Shown piece after piece: positions 63,939 through 64,000 of a stretch of 64,000 bases of DNA. The translations under genes and the position numbers were made by a program. This DNA comes from Pseudomonadota bacterium. GTDB taxonomy: Bacteria > Myxococcota_A > Polyangia > JAAYKL01. The stretch covers positions 62,343 to 126,342 of the forward strand of contig JALNZK010000002.1 of the NCBI GenBank assembly GCA_023229365.1. The letters are read 5' to 3'. The notes under the pieces are model-generated. The model worked only from the letters and a program-made list of their open reading frames with translations, was not told the origin of the DNA and searched no databases. Positions within the stretch are counted from its first letter, which is position 1; every line of letters starts with the position of its first letter.

Positions 63939-64000
63939 AAAATCCTCTATTCCAGCATCCTTAAATTGTTTGGCAACATCCAGATCGGCAAGAGCTTGCA

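Overview
This window is gene-dense, AT-rich DNA with about 95% of genes on the minus strand. I read it as a segment of a large (jumbo or huge-type) bacteriophage genome rather than a cellular chromosome; that is inference from gene content, since no capsid or terminase gene lies in this window.

Contents, in window order:
- RtcB RNA ligase, an ECF-type sigma factor and UDP-galactopyranose mutase, followed by many tiny hypothetical ORFs.
- A cluster of about 17 minus-strand tRNA genes at 8.27-13.7 kb, with duplicated isoacceptors and several non-canonical tRNA-like elements.
- A second sigma-70 family protein.
- DNA maintenance and nucleotide metabolism genes: NAD-dependent DNA ligase, PhoH, dUTPase, dCMP deaminase, a PHP-less DNA polymerase III alpha and an HNH endonuclease.
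- Translation and chaperone genes: IF-3, ribosomal protein S21, peptide deformylase, DnaJ and a GroES-like co-chaperonin.
- A thiamine-pyrophosphate enzyme, glycosyltransferases and a methyltransferase.
- Two very large Ser/Gly-rich repeat proteins that are probably fibre or adhesin proteins.

Most novel: two cassettes that each pair a radical-SAM/SPASM peptide-maturase-like gene with a short Cys-rich peptide ORF, in inverted orientation on either side of dnaE. One of the two peptides is below the size cut-off of the supplied ORF track. Together with a PaaK-like adenylating enzyme this is a candidate phage-encoded RiPP-type peptide modification system.

Other structure worth a second look:
- A seven-member TTTACA-N16/17-TATAAT promoter family confined to the first 25 kb, with several instances sitting only about 6 nt from the start codon.
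- A roughly 300-nt 3-prime UTR made of seven degenerate 29-nt hairpin repeats.
- A PEP-CTERM-like sorting tail on a phage protein.
- An extreme poly-Asp/Glu protein.
- A perfect (GAGCTT)11 tract inside the giant gene.
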